DNA of 64,000 nucleotides from an uncultured cyanobacterium (lineage in GTDB: Bacteria > Cyanobacteriota > Cyanobacteriia > PCC-6307 > Cyanobiaceae). The DNA lies in the NCBI GenBank assembly GCA_903917565.1, contig CAIXBB010000002.1:45818-109817 (forward strand). Reading direction: 5' to 3'. Each line of letters opens with the position of its first letter. The first letter of the stretch is position 1. The position numbers were made by a program, and so were the translations under genes. The notes under the pieces were generated by a model, which was not told the DNA's origin, made no database searches, and saw nothing but the letters and a program-made list of their open reading frames with translations. Shown one piece after another: positions 36,030-44,082 of this stretch.

Positions 36030-37361
36030 TCAGTGCGGTGGCATCGGGATGTAAAGGGGGGGCTCACCAGGGAAGCCGTTGCGGGCGACGTTCTCGTTGT
36101 CCGGCACCGGGGGCAGGAGATGGACGAAGAACGAATCGCGCCGCTCCACCGGCATCTGCTCGGGGTCGGGACGATCGGCAATGGCATAGGTCACATCGAT
36201 GCGGACATGCATGTATCCAGGCACCAGTTCGGTGTGGCTCGAGGGGGTGTCGGAGAAATCGAAATGCAGCGGCCGCAGGCCCTCCACCGCCAGCACATGC
36301 TGTTGGTTGTCACTCCAGTGGGCCGGAAAGGGATTCCAGCGTGAGCCCTGCTGGATGTAGAGCTGCACGTCGAGGGGCAGCAGGTACAGCGACTGGCTGG
36401 CCTCGAGATTCTCGACAGCGATCGTGCCTTGATAACGCTCCTGCCCCGTTCTTTCCACCGCCACGAGTTGGGCGGAGAGGCCGCTGAAGGCCAGCCGCTG
36501 CAGCCGGTCTTGCCGGGTCCTGGCGGTGCGCTGCTGCTGCTGGCGCCATTGCCAGAGCGAGGTGCCCCCCACCAGGGACAGCACCCCCGCCAGGGCCCCG
36601 ACCAGCAGGCGGCGGCGCGTCGGAGCGGCCTCCCGGGCAAGCGGTAGGGGCGGCAAGGGGGCGACCTGCGCGGAAGGCTCCCGCAGGACCCCGGCCTCCA
36701 GGTCGAACCAGCGGTCGCAGCGCCGGGCCAGGTCCTCGCTGTGGGTCACCATCAGCAGGGCCGTGCCGCTGCTGGCGCAGAGGCTCTCCAGCAGGGCCAC
36801 GATCTCCGCCTCACTGCGGCCGTCGAGGTTGCTGGTGGGTTCGTCGGCGAGCAGCAGGCTGGGCCGGTTCACCAGGGCACGGGCCAGGATGGCCCTGCGG
36901 ATTTCACCCCCCGAGAGCTGGCCCGGGCGGCTGTCGCGGCGATCGCCCAACCCCACGGCCTCCAGCCAGTGCTCGGCATCGGCCAGCAGTTCGGTGGCAC
37001 TGCGGCGGCCCTCCAGCTGGCCTGGCAGCAGCAGGTTCTCCAGGGTCGAGAGGGTGGGCAGCAGGCTGGTGAACTGGCTCACGAACCCCACCGGCCCCCG
37101 CCGCAGACGGCAGCGCTCGGCCGCCGGCAGGCTCCAGAGGTCGATGGGGCCATCGACCCCCATGCCGATCCGCAGTTCGACCCTGCCCGCATCCGGCCGG
37201 CTGAGGCCCGCCAGCATGGCCAGAAGGGTCGACTTGCCCGATCCCGAGCGACCCAGGATCGCCACCCGCTCACCGGCCTCCAGCTGCAGGCTGGCCTGAA
37301 GCACCCCGGCGCTGCCGAACCAGCGCTGCAACCCTTCAGCCCGCAGCAGGGGGTCAGTCAT
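36030..37361 (-). CDS. ABC transporter ATP-binding protein (MacB/LolD-type) fused to a TM helix and a ~190-aa extracytoplasmic C-terminal domain
   Basis: I call the start at 37361 (MTDPLLRAEGL...), overlapping the permease stop (GATGACTGA). Walker A GRSGSGKST, signature LSGGEIRR, Walker B LLLADEPTSNLD. Then RRRLLVGALAGVLSLVGGTSLWQW (TM) and a non-ABC domain. Confidence 0.85.
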   Translation of the reverse strand: MTDPLLRAEGLQRWFGSAGVLQASLQLEAGERVAILGRSGSGKSTLLAMLAGLSRPDAGRVELRIGMGVDGPIDLWSLPAAERCRLRRGPVGFVSQFTSLLPTLSTLENLLLPGQLEGRRSATELLADAEHWLEAVGLGDRRDSRPGQLSGGEIRRAILARALVNRPSLLLADEPTSNLDGRSEAEIVALLESLCASSGTALLMVTHSEDLARRCDRWFDLEAGVLREPSAQVAPLPPLPLAREAAPTRRRLLVGALAGVLSLVGGTSLWQWRQQQQRTARTRQDRLQRLAFSGLSAQLVAVERTGQERYQGTIAVENLEASQSLYLLPLDVQLYIQQGSRWNPFPAHWSDNQQHVLAVEGLRPLHFDFSDTPSSHTELVPGYMHVRIDVTYAIADRPDPEQMPVERRDSFFVHLLPPVPDNENVARNGFPGEPPLYIPMPPH

Positions 37362-38565
37362 CGCCCTGCACCAGCACGAGGGGATCGAGGCGCAGCACGG
37401 GCGCCATCGCCAGGGCCGCCGCCAGGGCGCCGATGCCCGTGACCAGCAGCCACAGCCCGGCCGCCAGCTCAGACTGGGGCGCAAAGGCGGGCCAGGGGAA
37501 CGGCATGCCGCTGGCCGCCAGCCGTTCCCCCAGCAGCGTGTGGATGGGCGGACCGAGCAGGGCGGCGACCACAAGACCAAGACCGCCTCCGCTGCCGCAG
37601 ACCAGGCACGCTTCCCCCACCATCAGCCCCAGCACCTCATTGGGCAGGGCCCCCAGGCTGAGCAGCAGGCCCAGCTCCCGGCGGCGTTCGGAGGCGATTC
37701 CGGTGTACATGAGCGTGAGCAGCAGGGCGAAACAGAGCAGCAGGGTGACGCTGAGCAGCACCAGCACGGTCGCCATCGAGGCGCCGGCCTGGCGCACCAT
37801 CGCGAACAGGGTGCGGCTGCCCACCACCTGCACCTCCTCCAGACGGGCCAGCAGGCTGAAGCGCAGCCGTTCGATCGCCATCCCCTCCGGCGCCTGCACC
37901 AACAACCCGTTCACCCCGAGCGTGGCCGGACTGTCGCTGGGGACGAGCCGCTCCAGGTCCTGCAGGGTGAAAAAGAGACCGTGCTCATGGGAGGCGATGC
38001 CGGTGGAGGCGAGGCGGCCGTGGATCCGGAAGGTCTGGCCCAGAAGCGACAGGCGATCCCCCAGGCGGCCGCGGAGGCGGGAGCCGAGGATCACCTGGCC
38101 ATCCTGAAAGTCGATGCCCCGGCTGCTCTCCAGCCAAGGGATCACGGTGCTGTCCCGTTGGGGGTCGATGCCATAGAGCGGCAGGCCCGTGGGGGAGGGC
38201 AGCCCGGCCTCCATTGCCACCCGTCCGCTGCCGCGCACGGCCCGTTGGGGGTTCATCTGGATCGGGGCCGCGATCGCCGCGGCCTGCTCCAGGGTGGCGG
38301 AACTGAGGGGAGGGGCCTCGGGCTCCACGGCCAGGAGCGCCTGGGTGAGGTTCACCGTCGCCCCCTGCCGCACCACCAGAAGATCGGCCCCCAGCCGGGA
38401 AAAGCTGCCCTCGAGCGACTGCTCCAGGGACCCCAGCAACACCACGGTGAGGAAGCTGAGACCCGTGGCCAGGCCCACCGCCGCGGCCAGCAACCCCGTC
38501 CGCAGGGATCGGCGTGTGACGTTGCTGGCGATCAGCCGAAGCTGGGCGCGGAACCGCCGGTTCAC
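37354..38565 (-). CDS. ABC transporter permease, FtsX/MacB-type
   Basis: I call a GTG start at 38565 (VNRRFRAQLRLIASNVTRRSLRTGLLAAAVGL...), overlapping the upstream stop. N-terminal TM helix, a large periplasmic domain, and a C-terminal FtsX-like 3-TM bundle (...ASERRRELGLLLSLGALPNEVLGLMVGEA...). Confidence 0.8.
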   Translation of the reverse strand: MNRRFRAQLRLIASNVTRRSLRTGLLAAAVGLATGLSFLTVVLLGSLEQSLEGSFSRLGADLLVVRQGATVNLTQALLAVEPEAPPLSSATLEQAAAIAAPIQMNPQRAVRGSGRVAMEAGLPSPTGLPLYGIDPQRDSTVIPWLESSRGIDFQDGQVILGSRLRGRLGDRLSLLGQTFRIHGRLASTGIASHEHGLFFTLQDLERLVPSDSPATLGVNGLLVQAPEGMAIERLRFSLLARLEEVQVVGSRTLFAMVRQAGASMATVLVLLSVTLLLCFALLLTLMYTGIASERRRELGLLLSLGALPNEVLGLMVGEACLVCGSGGGLGLVVAALLGPPIHTLLGERLAASGMPFPWPAFAPQSELAAGLWLLVTGIGALAAALAMAPVLRLDPLVLVQGDD

Positions 38566-40232
38566 ATCGCGCAGGAGCGGGAGAAGCGCAGTTGCTCCAC
38601 GCTTGTCGGCACCAGGGTGAGGTCGTGGTGCCCACCGGGATTGGGGATGAAGCCCACGGGCGCATCCTTGGCCGTGTCGAGCACGAAGATGCCCGACGCG
38701 TAGCGTTGGAAGCCACCGACGGCCACCAACAGGAACTTGCCGTCCGGCGTGACCGTGCAGGACTGCATGTCCTGGGTGATGTTCTGCAGCTCCTTGATCG
38801 GTGTCCAGGTGGCCGTATCCACCACCATGATGCCGCTGCGGCCCGGGGCGGGGTTCAGCACCACCACATACATCTTCTTGCTGTCGGGTGTGAACGCCAT
38901 GTGGAAGGGGCTGGGATAGCGCTTGCCCCAGGTGGGATCGATGATCTGCCGGATCTTGCGCCACTGGCTGGGATCGGGATCGGAGCTGTCAAAGATCCCG
39001 ACGCTGTTCTCCAGCCCGTTATTCATCATCACCAGGTTGTGGCCATCCGGTGAGAAGCCCAGTTCATGGCCGGGGGAGTACACCCGATCGATCACCACTT
39101 TCCAGGTATCCCCATCCACCTGCTCCACCGGGTAGGTGTCGGGCGACTGGCTGGGGAAGGCGCAATAGGCCACCGGAACCATGCCGTTCTGGCTGTCGTG
39201 GATGACGCAGCCGCCGAGCATGCGGATGATCTCCGCCCCCCAGCGGCCATCGGGGTGCCACACGAAGGCGTCGGCTCCGGTGAGGGCCCGCACGTTGGGG
39301 CCGGGGATCTGCCCCTCGGGGACGAAGAGCTCGCCCATCGGCACCATTTCCCAGTTGATCTTGAGACCCTTGGTGCCGCGGAGGTCAAACAGTCCTGTGG
39401 CAGGGTCCGGCTTGATGCGGCTGATCAGAAGCGTTCCGCCTCCGGTCCAGCAGTCCGCCAGGTTCGAAGAGTTGCCCTGCCAGTCGTAACGAAACGCCTG
39501 GAGCACACGGGTGGAGGCACGATCAAACCAGCCGAAGATGTCCTTCTGGCCGTCGGAGATGCAGTAGCTCTTGGCATCGGAGGGACGGATGGTGGTGTGC
39601 ACACCCAGGCCCAGACCTGTGGTTTCGGCGATATTTTCCTCCAGCTCCAGTACATCGCCATTGAAGCGAACCCGGTACATGTTGAAACCGGGCGGGGGAT
39701 CCGTCACCGCCGTCGGCATGCCATAGATGAGGGAATTCATACCGCCTTGGCAGCTGTTGATGAACTCAAACTCCTGGTAAGGGTTTGCGCTTGGAAACGC
39801 CTGGATGTGGTGGCTGATGGGGTTGTAATCCCCATAGTTCCAGTACCACAGCGAGGCCAGGGCCCGGCCGCTGCCGAGATCAATCAAGTTCACACCGCCG
39901 CCCATCTTCTGGGGCATCACCACAATGTGACGGCCCAAAGTATAGCCGTTGAGCTGGAAAGGGATGTCACTGAAGTTGATGATCTCACGATCAACCTTGA
40001 GGCCCTTGGGTGTGACGTAATCCTTGGGCCGATCGGTGACGCGCACGCCATGGTCTGGCGCGTGCGTATCGCCGGGGCCCTTCTGGGCGCCCTGGCCAAC
40101 GGCGGCGGCGGCAGGCTCCGCAGCTGCGGCGGGCCCCACCCCCGCCGCCAGCAGGCCGAGGGCGGAGAGGGCGCCGGCCTGAAGGGCATCCCGACGGCTG
40201 AGGCCTGGCCCTTTGGAGGAGGGATCTGTCAT
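38562..40232 (-). CDS. Tat-exported beta-propeller protein, His-rich (YVTN-type blades; NosZ N-terminal / thiocyanate-dehydrogenase-like?)
   Basis: I call the start at 40232 (MTDPSSKGPGLSRRDALQAGALSALGLLAAGVGPAAA, twin-arginine signal). Blade-like motifs FSPDGHNLVMMNN, FTPDSKKMYVVVLN, VTPDGKFLLVAVGG. Conserved-looking His sites NPISHHIQAF, GVHTTIRP, FVWHPDGRW, CVIHDSQ, SPGHELGF, PFHMAF, GGHHDLTL. No cupredoxin/CuA C-terminal domain. Confidence 0.7.
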   Translation of the reverse strand: MTDPSSKGPGLSRRDALQAGALSALGLLAAGVGPAAAAEPAAAAVGQGAQKGPGDTHAPDHGVRVTDRPKDYVTPKGLKVDREIINFSDIPFQLNGYTLGRHIVVMPQKMGGGVNLIDLGSGRALASLWYWNYGDYNPISHHIQAFPSANPYQEFEFINSCQGGMNSLIYGMPTAVTDPPPGFNMYRVRFNGDVLELEENIAETTGLGLGVHTTIRPSDAKSYCISDGQKDIFGWFDRASTRVLQAFRYDWQGNSSNLADCWTGGGTLLISRIKPDPATGLFDLRGTKGLKINWEMVPMGELFVPEGQIPGPNVRALTGADAFVWHPDGRWGAEIIRMLGGCVIHDSQNGMVPVAYCAFPSQSPDTYPVEQVDGDTWKVVIDRVYSPGHELGFSPDGHNLVMMNNGLENSVGIFDSSDPDPSQWRKIRQIIDPTWGKRYPSPFHMAFTPDSKKMYVVVLNPAPGRSGIMVVDTATWTPIKELQNITQDMQSCTVTPDGKFLLVAVGGFQRYASGIFVLDTAKDAPVGFIPNPGGHHDLTLVPTSVEQLRFSRSCAM

Positions 40233-40447
40233 GACAAGGACGCTGCAGCGAGAGGAGCGTGTTGGGATGGCCCTGACGCCATGCTGATTCCTCCGGTGCT
40301 GGTTGTCAGACCCCCCGGGGGAGGCCGACATGGGCCGGCAGGAACAGGTCATCGATGGCGGCGGACCGGCATGCGCATCACCGAACGGCCCCATGGACGG
40401 CGTGCTGCGGCGAAGATCACCCCAGCACCCTGCCACCGTTATCCGCC

Positions 40448-41419
40448 ATGGGTCCCCTCCTCTCCCTGCAACCGCCTCCGGAGCGACGCGAGGCCATCGG
40501 CCGGGCCGGCCTGGGCAGCCTGCTGGCGATCGCCGCCGAGGGCGGGCCGCCCAGCCCGATCGCCCTGCGCACGATCACCGCCATCCGTGATCACCTGATC
40601 CGGCTGCCCATCCCCCTCGACAGCCTGGACCCCCTCGACCCGGCCCAGCTGGCGGCGGCGGTGCCGGAGCCCGAGTGGCGCCAGCGGATCCTGCGCGGCA
40701 TGACCGTGCTGGCCCTGCTCGAGGACGAACCCGACAAGGCCCGCCTGGCCCGGCTCGAGGCCACGGCCCGGGCCCTGGAGATCGACGACGCTCCGGTGCA
40801 GGCCTTCCGCCACGTGCTCGACCACCAGTTCAACCTGGTGCGCCTCGACATCGTCCGGCGGGGGTTCCAGAGGGGGGCCGCCGCGGCCTATCTCCGGGAT
40901 GAGGGCCCCGCCGGCGCCCTGCAGCTCGCCCGCTCGCTGCTGAAGCGGGAGGACCCTGCCCTCGCCGGCCGCTACCGGGCCCTGGCGACACTGCCCGAGG
41001 GCAGCCTCGGCCGTGCCTATCTGGCCTTCATCGACAGCAACGGCTTCAGCGTTCCCGGCGAGGTCGGCGGGCCGCCGCCGCCGGTGGTGCGCCACGACTG
41101 CTGCCACGTGCTCGGCGGCTACGGCACCAGCGCCAGCGAGGAGTGCGGCATGCTCGGCTTCCAGGCTGGCTTCGGCCGCAACGACCCCTTTTTCACGATC
41201 CTGTTCGCCCTGGCCCAGTTCCAGCTGGGGATCGGCTCCACCCCGGTCACGGCGGCCGAGACCGGCCAGGCCGATCCGGAGGTGATCTTCCGCGGCCTGG
41301 AGCACGGCCTCGGCGTCAGCCGTGACCTGATCAGCGACTGGGACCCCTGGGAGGACTTCCCCCATCCCCTGGAGGAGGTGCGCCGCCGCTATGGCATCAG
41401 GCCACGCCAGGCCGTCTGA
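40448..41419 (+). CDS. Coq4-like protein (HDxxH...E metal-binding motif), function unknown here
   Basis: I call the start at 40448 (MGPLLSLQPPPE...). Motif VVRHDCCHVLGGYGTSASEECGMLGFQAGF resembles the Coq4 family HDxxH-x(10-13)-E zinc site. Confidence 0.6.
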   Translation: MGPLLSLQPPPERREAIGRAGLGSLLAIAAEGGPPSPIALRTITAIRDHLIRLPIPLDSLDPLDPAQLAAAVPEPEWRQRILRGMTVLALLEDEPDKARLARLEATARALEIDDAPVQAFRHVLDHQFNLVRLDIVRRGFQRGAAAAYLRDEGPAGALQLARSLLKREDPALAGRYRALATLPEGSLGRAYLAFIDSNGFSVPGEVGGPPPPVVRHDCCHVLGGYGTSASEECGMLGFQAGFGRNDPFFTILFALAQFQLGIGSTPVTAAETGQADPEVIFRGLEHGLGVSRDLISDWDPWEDFPHPLEEVRRRYGIRPRQAV

Positions 41420-41428
41420 GGCCACCCC

Positions 41429-42697
41429 TCAGCCAGCCGATCGCCCTGGAACCGGGCCTGCCGCGGCATCCTGGCCCTGTGCAACATGCCTCAGGAACGC
41501 CCGCACCGCTGGATCTTTGGCCAGGGCGATGGCGCGGCGGTAGGCCTGCAGCGCCTCGCCGGCCTGGCCGCTCCGTTGCAGCAGATGGGCGCGCAGGGCC
41601 CACCAGGGCTGATGGTCCCCCAGGGCGGGGTCGGCGGTGGCCAGCCCGTCCAGCTCGGCCAGGGCTCCCTCGGGACCCGCCAGCTCGGCCAGCACCGCCA
41701 CCCGGCTCACCCGGGCACCCGCGCTCGGGGCCAGCGCCAGCAGGGCGTCGTAGAGCCGCAGCAGGGCCGGCCAGTCGACCGTGCCGCTGACGGCCCGGTG
41801 GGCATGGACCGACTGGATCGCCGCCTCCAGCTGGAAGCGCCCCGGCCGCCCAGCCAGGGAGGCCTGGGTCAGTTCCGCCTCCGCTTCGGCGATCAGTGCG
41901 GCGTCCCAGAGGCCCGGGTCCTGCTCCAGCAGCGGCACGTAGCTCCCGTCGGCGGCCCGCCGGGCTCCGTGGCGCGCCTGGCAATGCAGCAGCAGGGCCA
42001 GCAGGCCGCGGGCCTCCGGCTCCTGGGGCAGCAGGGCGGCGCACAGCCGCGCCAGCAGCACCGCCTCCTGCGTCAGCACCTCGACCTGGGCGGCCTCCGC
42101 GGCGGTGTCCCAGCCGGTGCTGTAGGCCGCATAGATCGCCTGCAGCACCGCCGCCGAACGCGCCGGCAGCGCCTCGGGGCCCGGCAGCACGAAGGGGATG
42201 CGGGCCTGGCGGATCTTGGCCTTGGCCCGCACGAGCCGCTGGCCCATGGTGGCCGGTGCCACCAGGAAGGCCGCCGCGATGCGGGAGGCGTTGAGCCCCA
42301 GAACGGTCTGGAGCATCAGGGGGGCCTGGATCCCCGGATCGATCGCCGGGTGGGAGCAGAGAAACAGCAGCCGCAGCCGCTCGTCGGGAAACTCCATGGC
42401 GTTCTGGGGCGTTTCGGGATCCATGCCGGGGATCGCGGCGCCCAGCTCCGGCAGCAGGCGCTCCAGGGTCTGGTCACGCCGGGCCCTGTCGATCAGACGC
42501 CGGCGTGCCGCCACCAGAAGCCAGGCCTCGGGTGCCCGGGGTACCCCCTGCTCCGGCCACTGCTTCAGGGCGGAGAGGAAGGCGTCGCCGAGGGCGTCCT
42601 CGGCCGCGGCCACATCGCCGCAGCGGGCGGTGAGCCAGGCCACCAGCTTGCCGAAGGACTGCCGTGCCGCCAGTTCCGCCGCCCGCCGCCCCTCCAT
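41429..42697 (-). CDS. ECF-type RNA polymerase sigma factor with C-terminal TPR-like extension
   Basis: I call the start at 42697 (MEGRRAAELAARQSFGKLVAWLTARCGDVAAAEDALGDAFLSAL...). Region 2 and region 4 patterns (LLFLCSHPAIDPGIQAPLMLQTVLGLNASRIAAAFLVAPATMGQRLVRAK). Immediately downstream of a YciI-family gene, a commonly observed pairing. Confidence 0.8.
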   Translation of the reverse strand: MEGRRAAELAARQSFGKLVAWLTARCGDVAAAEDALGDAFLSALKQWPEQGVPRAPEAWLLVAARRRLIDRARRDQTLERLLPELGAAIPGMDPETPQNAMEFPDERLRLLFLCSHPAIDPGIQAPLMLQTVLGLNASRIAAAFLVAPATMGQRLVRAKAKIRQARIPFVLPGPEALPARSAAVLQAIYAAYSTGWDTAAEAAQVEVLTQEAVLLARLCAALLPQEPEARGLLALLLHCQARHGARRAADGSYVPLLEQDPGLWDAALIAEAEAELTQASLAGRPGRFQLEAAIQSVHAHRAVSGTVDWPALLRLYDALLALAPSAGARVSRVAVLAELAGPEGALAELDGLATADPALGDHQPWWALRAHLLQRSGQAGEALQAYRRAIALAKDPAVRAFLRHVAQGQDAAAGPVPGRSAG

Positions 42698-42698
42698 C

Positions 42699-43040
42699 TC
42701 AGGGGGCTTCCCTGGCGAGCACGGGCCGCACCTCCACGGCGCAGCGCTCCGCCGCCGGGCAGCGGGCGGCCCAGGTGAGGGCGGCGTCCAGGTCGGGCAC
42801 ATCGATCAGGAAGAAGCCGCCCAGCTGCTCCTTGCTGTCGGGGAAGGGCCCGTCCTGCACCTGCCGCTCCCCGTGGCGCAGGCGCACGGTGGTGGCAGTG
42901 TGGGTGGACTGCAGGGCCTCGCCGCCGGCCATGTGGCCGGCCTCGGCCAGGGCCTGGGAGTAGGCGGCATAGGCCGGCATCAGGCTGGGACGGTCGGCGA
43001 AGTCCTGCTCGCTTTCGTAGATCAGAACGGCGTACTGCAT
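42699..43040 (-). CDS. YciI-family (DGPF-domain) protein
   Basis: 113 aa. MQYAVLIYESE...DGPFPDSKEQLGGFFLIDVPDLDAALTWAARCP is the typical YciI/DGPF signature. Confidence 0.85.
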   Translation of the reverse strand: MQYAVLIYESEQDFADRPSLMPAYAAYSQALAEAGHMAGGEALQSTHTATTVRLRHGERQVQDGPFPDSKEQLGGFFLIDVPDLDAALTWAARCPAAERCAVEVRPVLAREAP

Positions 43041-43162
43041 GGTGGGGAACCAGAGGGTTGGTGGGTCGCGCCCGCCCCCGGAGGGCGTGCGTCATCTCCA
43101 TGACGACCGGAGGGCCGCCGTTTCGACAGAATCAGAGCAATCCGCCCCACCCCGTGCCCTCC

Positions 43163-43429
43163 ATGCCCAAGGTCGAGATCTACACCTGGCGCTTCTGCCC
43201 GTTCTGCATCCGGGCCAAGCAGCTGCTGGACCGTAAGGGCGTGACCTACACCGAATACGTCATCGATGGCGACGAGGACGCCCGCGACGCCATGGTGGCC
43301 CGGGGCAGCGATGGCCGCCGCTCGGTGCCCCAGACCTTCATCGACGGGGCCCATGTGGGGGGGTGCGACGACCTCTACGCCCTGGAGCGCCAGGGGCGGC
43401 TGGATGCCCTGCTGGCCGTCACGCACTAG
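43163..43429 (+). CDS. grxC: glutaredoxin 3
   Basis: I call the start at 43163 (MPKVEIYTWRFCPFCIRAKQLLDRKGV...). CPFC active site, TVPQ-like SVPQTFIDGAHVGGCDDL. Confidence 0.9.
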   Translation: MPKVEIYTWRFCPFCIRAKQLLDRKGVTYTEYVIDGDEDARDAMVARGSDGRRSVPQTFIDGAHVGGCDDLYALERQGRLDALLAVTH

Positions 43430-43884
43430 GAATTGACGCCAGCCTTCCATTCCGCCAGCTCCACGGTGATGCCCTCCGGACCGCGGAGAAAGACCAGCTT
43501 GCGGTGATGGAACTCCATCACCGCGTTGCGGAGCTAGACACCCGCGCCCTGCAGCCGGACCACCTCCGCCTCCAGATCGTCGACGGCGAAGCAGACATGG
43601 TTGAACCCCACCCGCGCCAGGTTGTCCATGGCCGGCTCGGCCAGCGGTTCCGGGTGGTGGTACTGCAGCAGCTGCACCTCCAGCCGCGGCGTGGCCCCGG
43701 CCAGGACGAGGGTGACGTGCTCCGCCTCGATGCCCTCCACGCCCATGTACTCGGCGAACTGAGGCCCGCTGATCCGCACGGCCTTGTCCTCCACGAACCC
43801 GAGCAGGCCGAAGAAACGCCGGGCCGCCCCGAGATCCCTCACCACGATGGTGACGTGGTCGAAATGCCGGATCATGGGCGCCAC
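43426..43884 (-). pseudogene. VOC (glyoxalase/bleomycin-resistance/dioxygenase) family gene interrupted by one in-frame TAG
   Basis: The 116-aa ORF 43534-43884 (MIRHFDHVTIVVRDLGAARRFF...FNHVCFAVDDLEAEVVRLQGAGV) stops at TAG 43534-43536. The same frame continues LRNAVMEFHHRKLVFLRGPEGITVELAEWKAGVNS to TAG 43426-43428, which is the expected VOC C-terminus. It could also be a sequencing error or a truncated functional protein. Confidence 0.5.
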
Positions 43885-44082
43885 TTCTGTCCGCTGCTGG
43901 AAAGGGCCATCAGCCGTCAGGATTGCAGGGCGTCACGATGCTCGCAGTGGCCTGCGTCACGCACTCCGCTCGCGACTCCTCAAGGGAGCGGACGGACTGA
44001 CACTCCTCACGTCAGGCCAGTGGCCCAGGCCCCCACAGCGAAGGTCCAGCGGCCAGAGTGAGGGCCACTTCCGGCCGGCCCC

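Noticed and set aside
38562-40232. Calling the Tat beta-propeller protein nitrous-oxide reductase (nosZ).
   Set aside because: It lacks the C-terminal cupredoxin CuA domain and its Cys/His/Met motif. No nosD/nosL/nosR-type genes are present. Only a general propeller/His-pattern resemblance remains.
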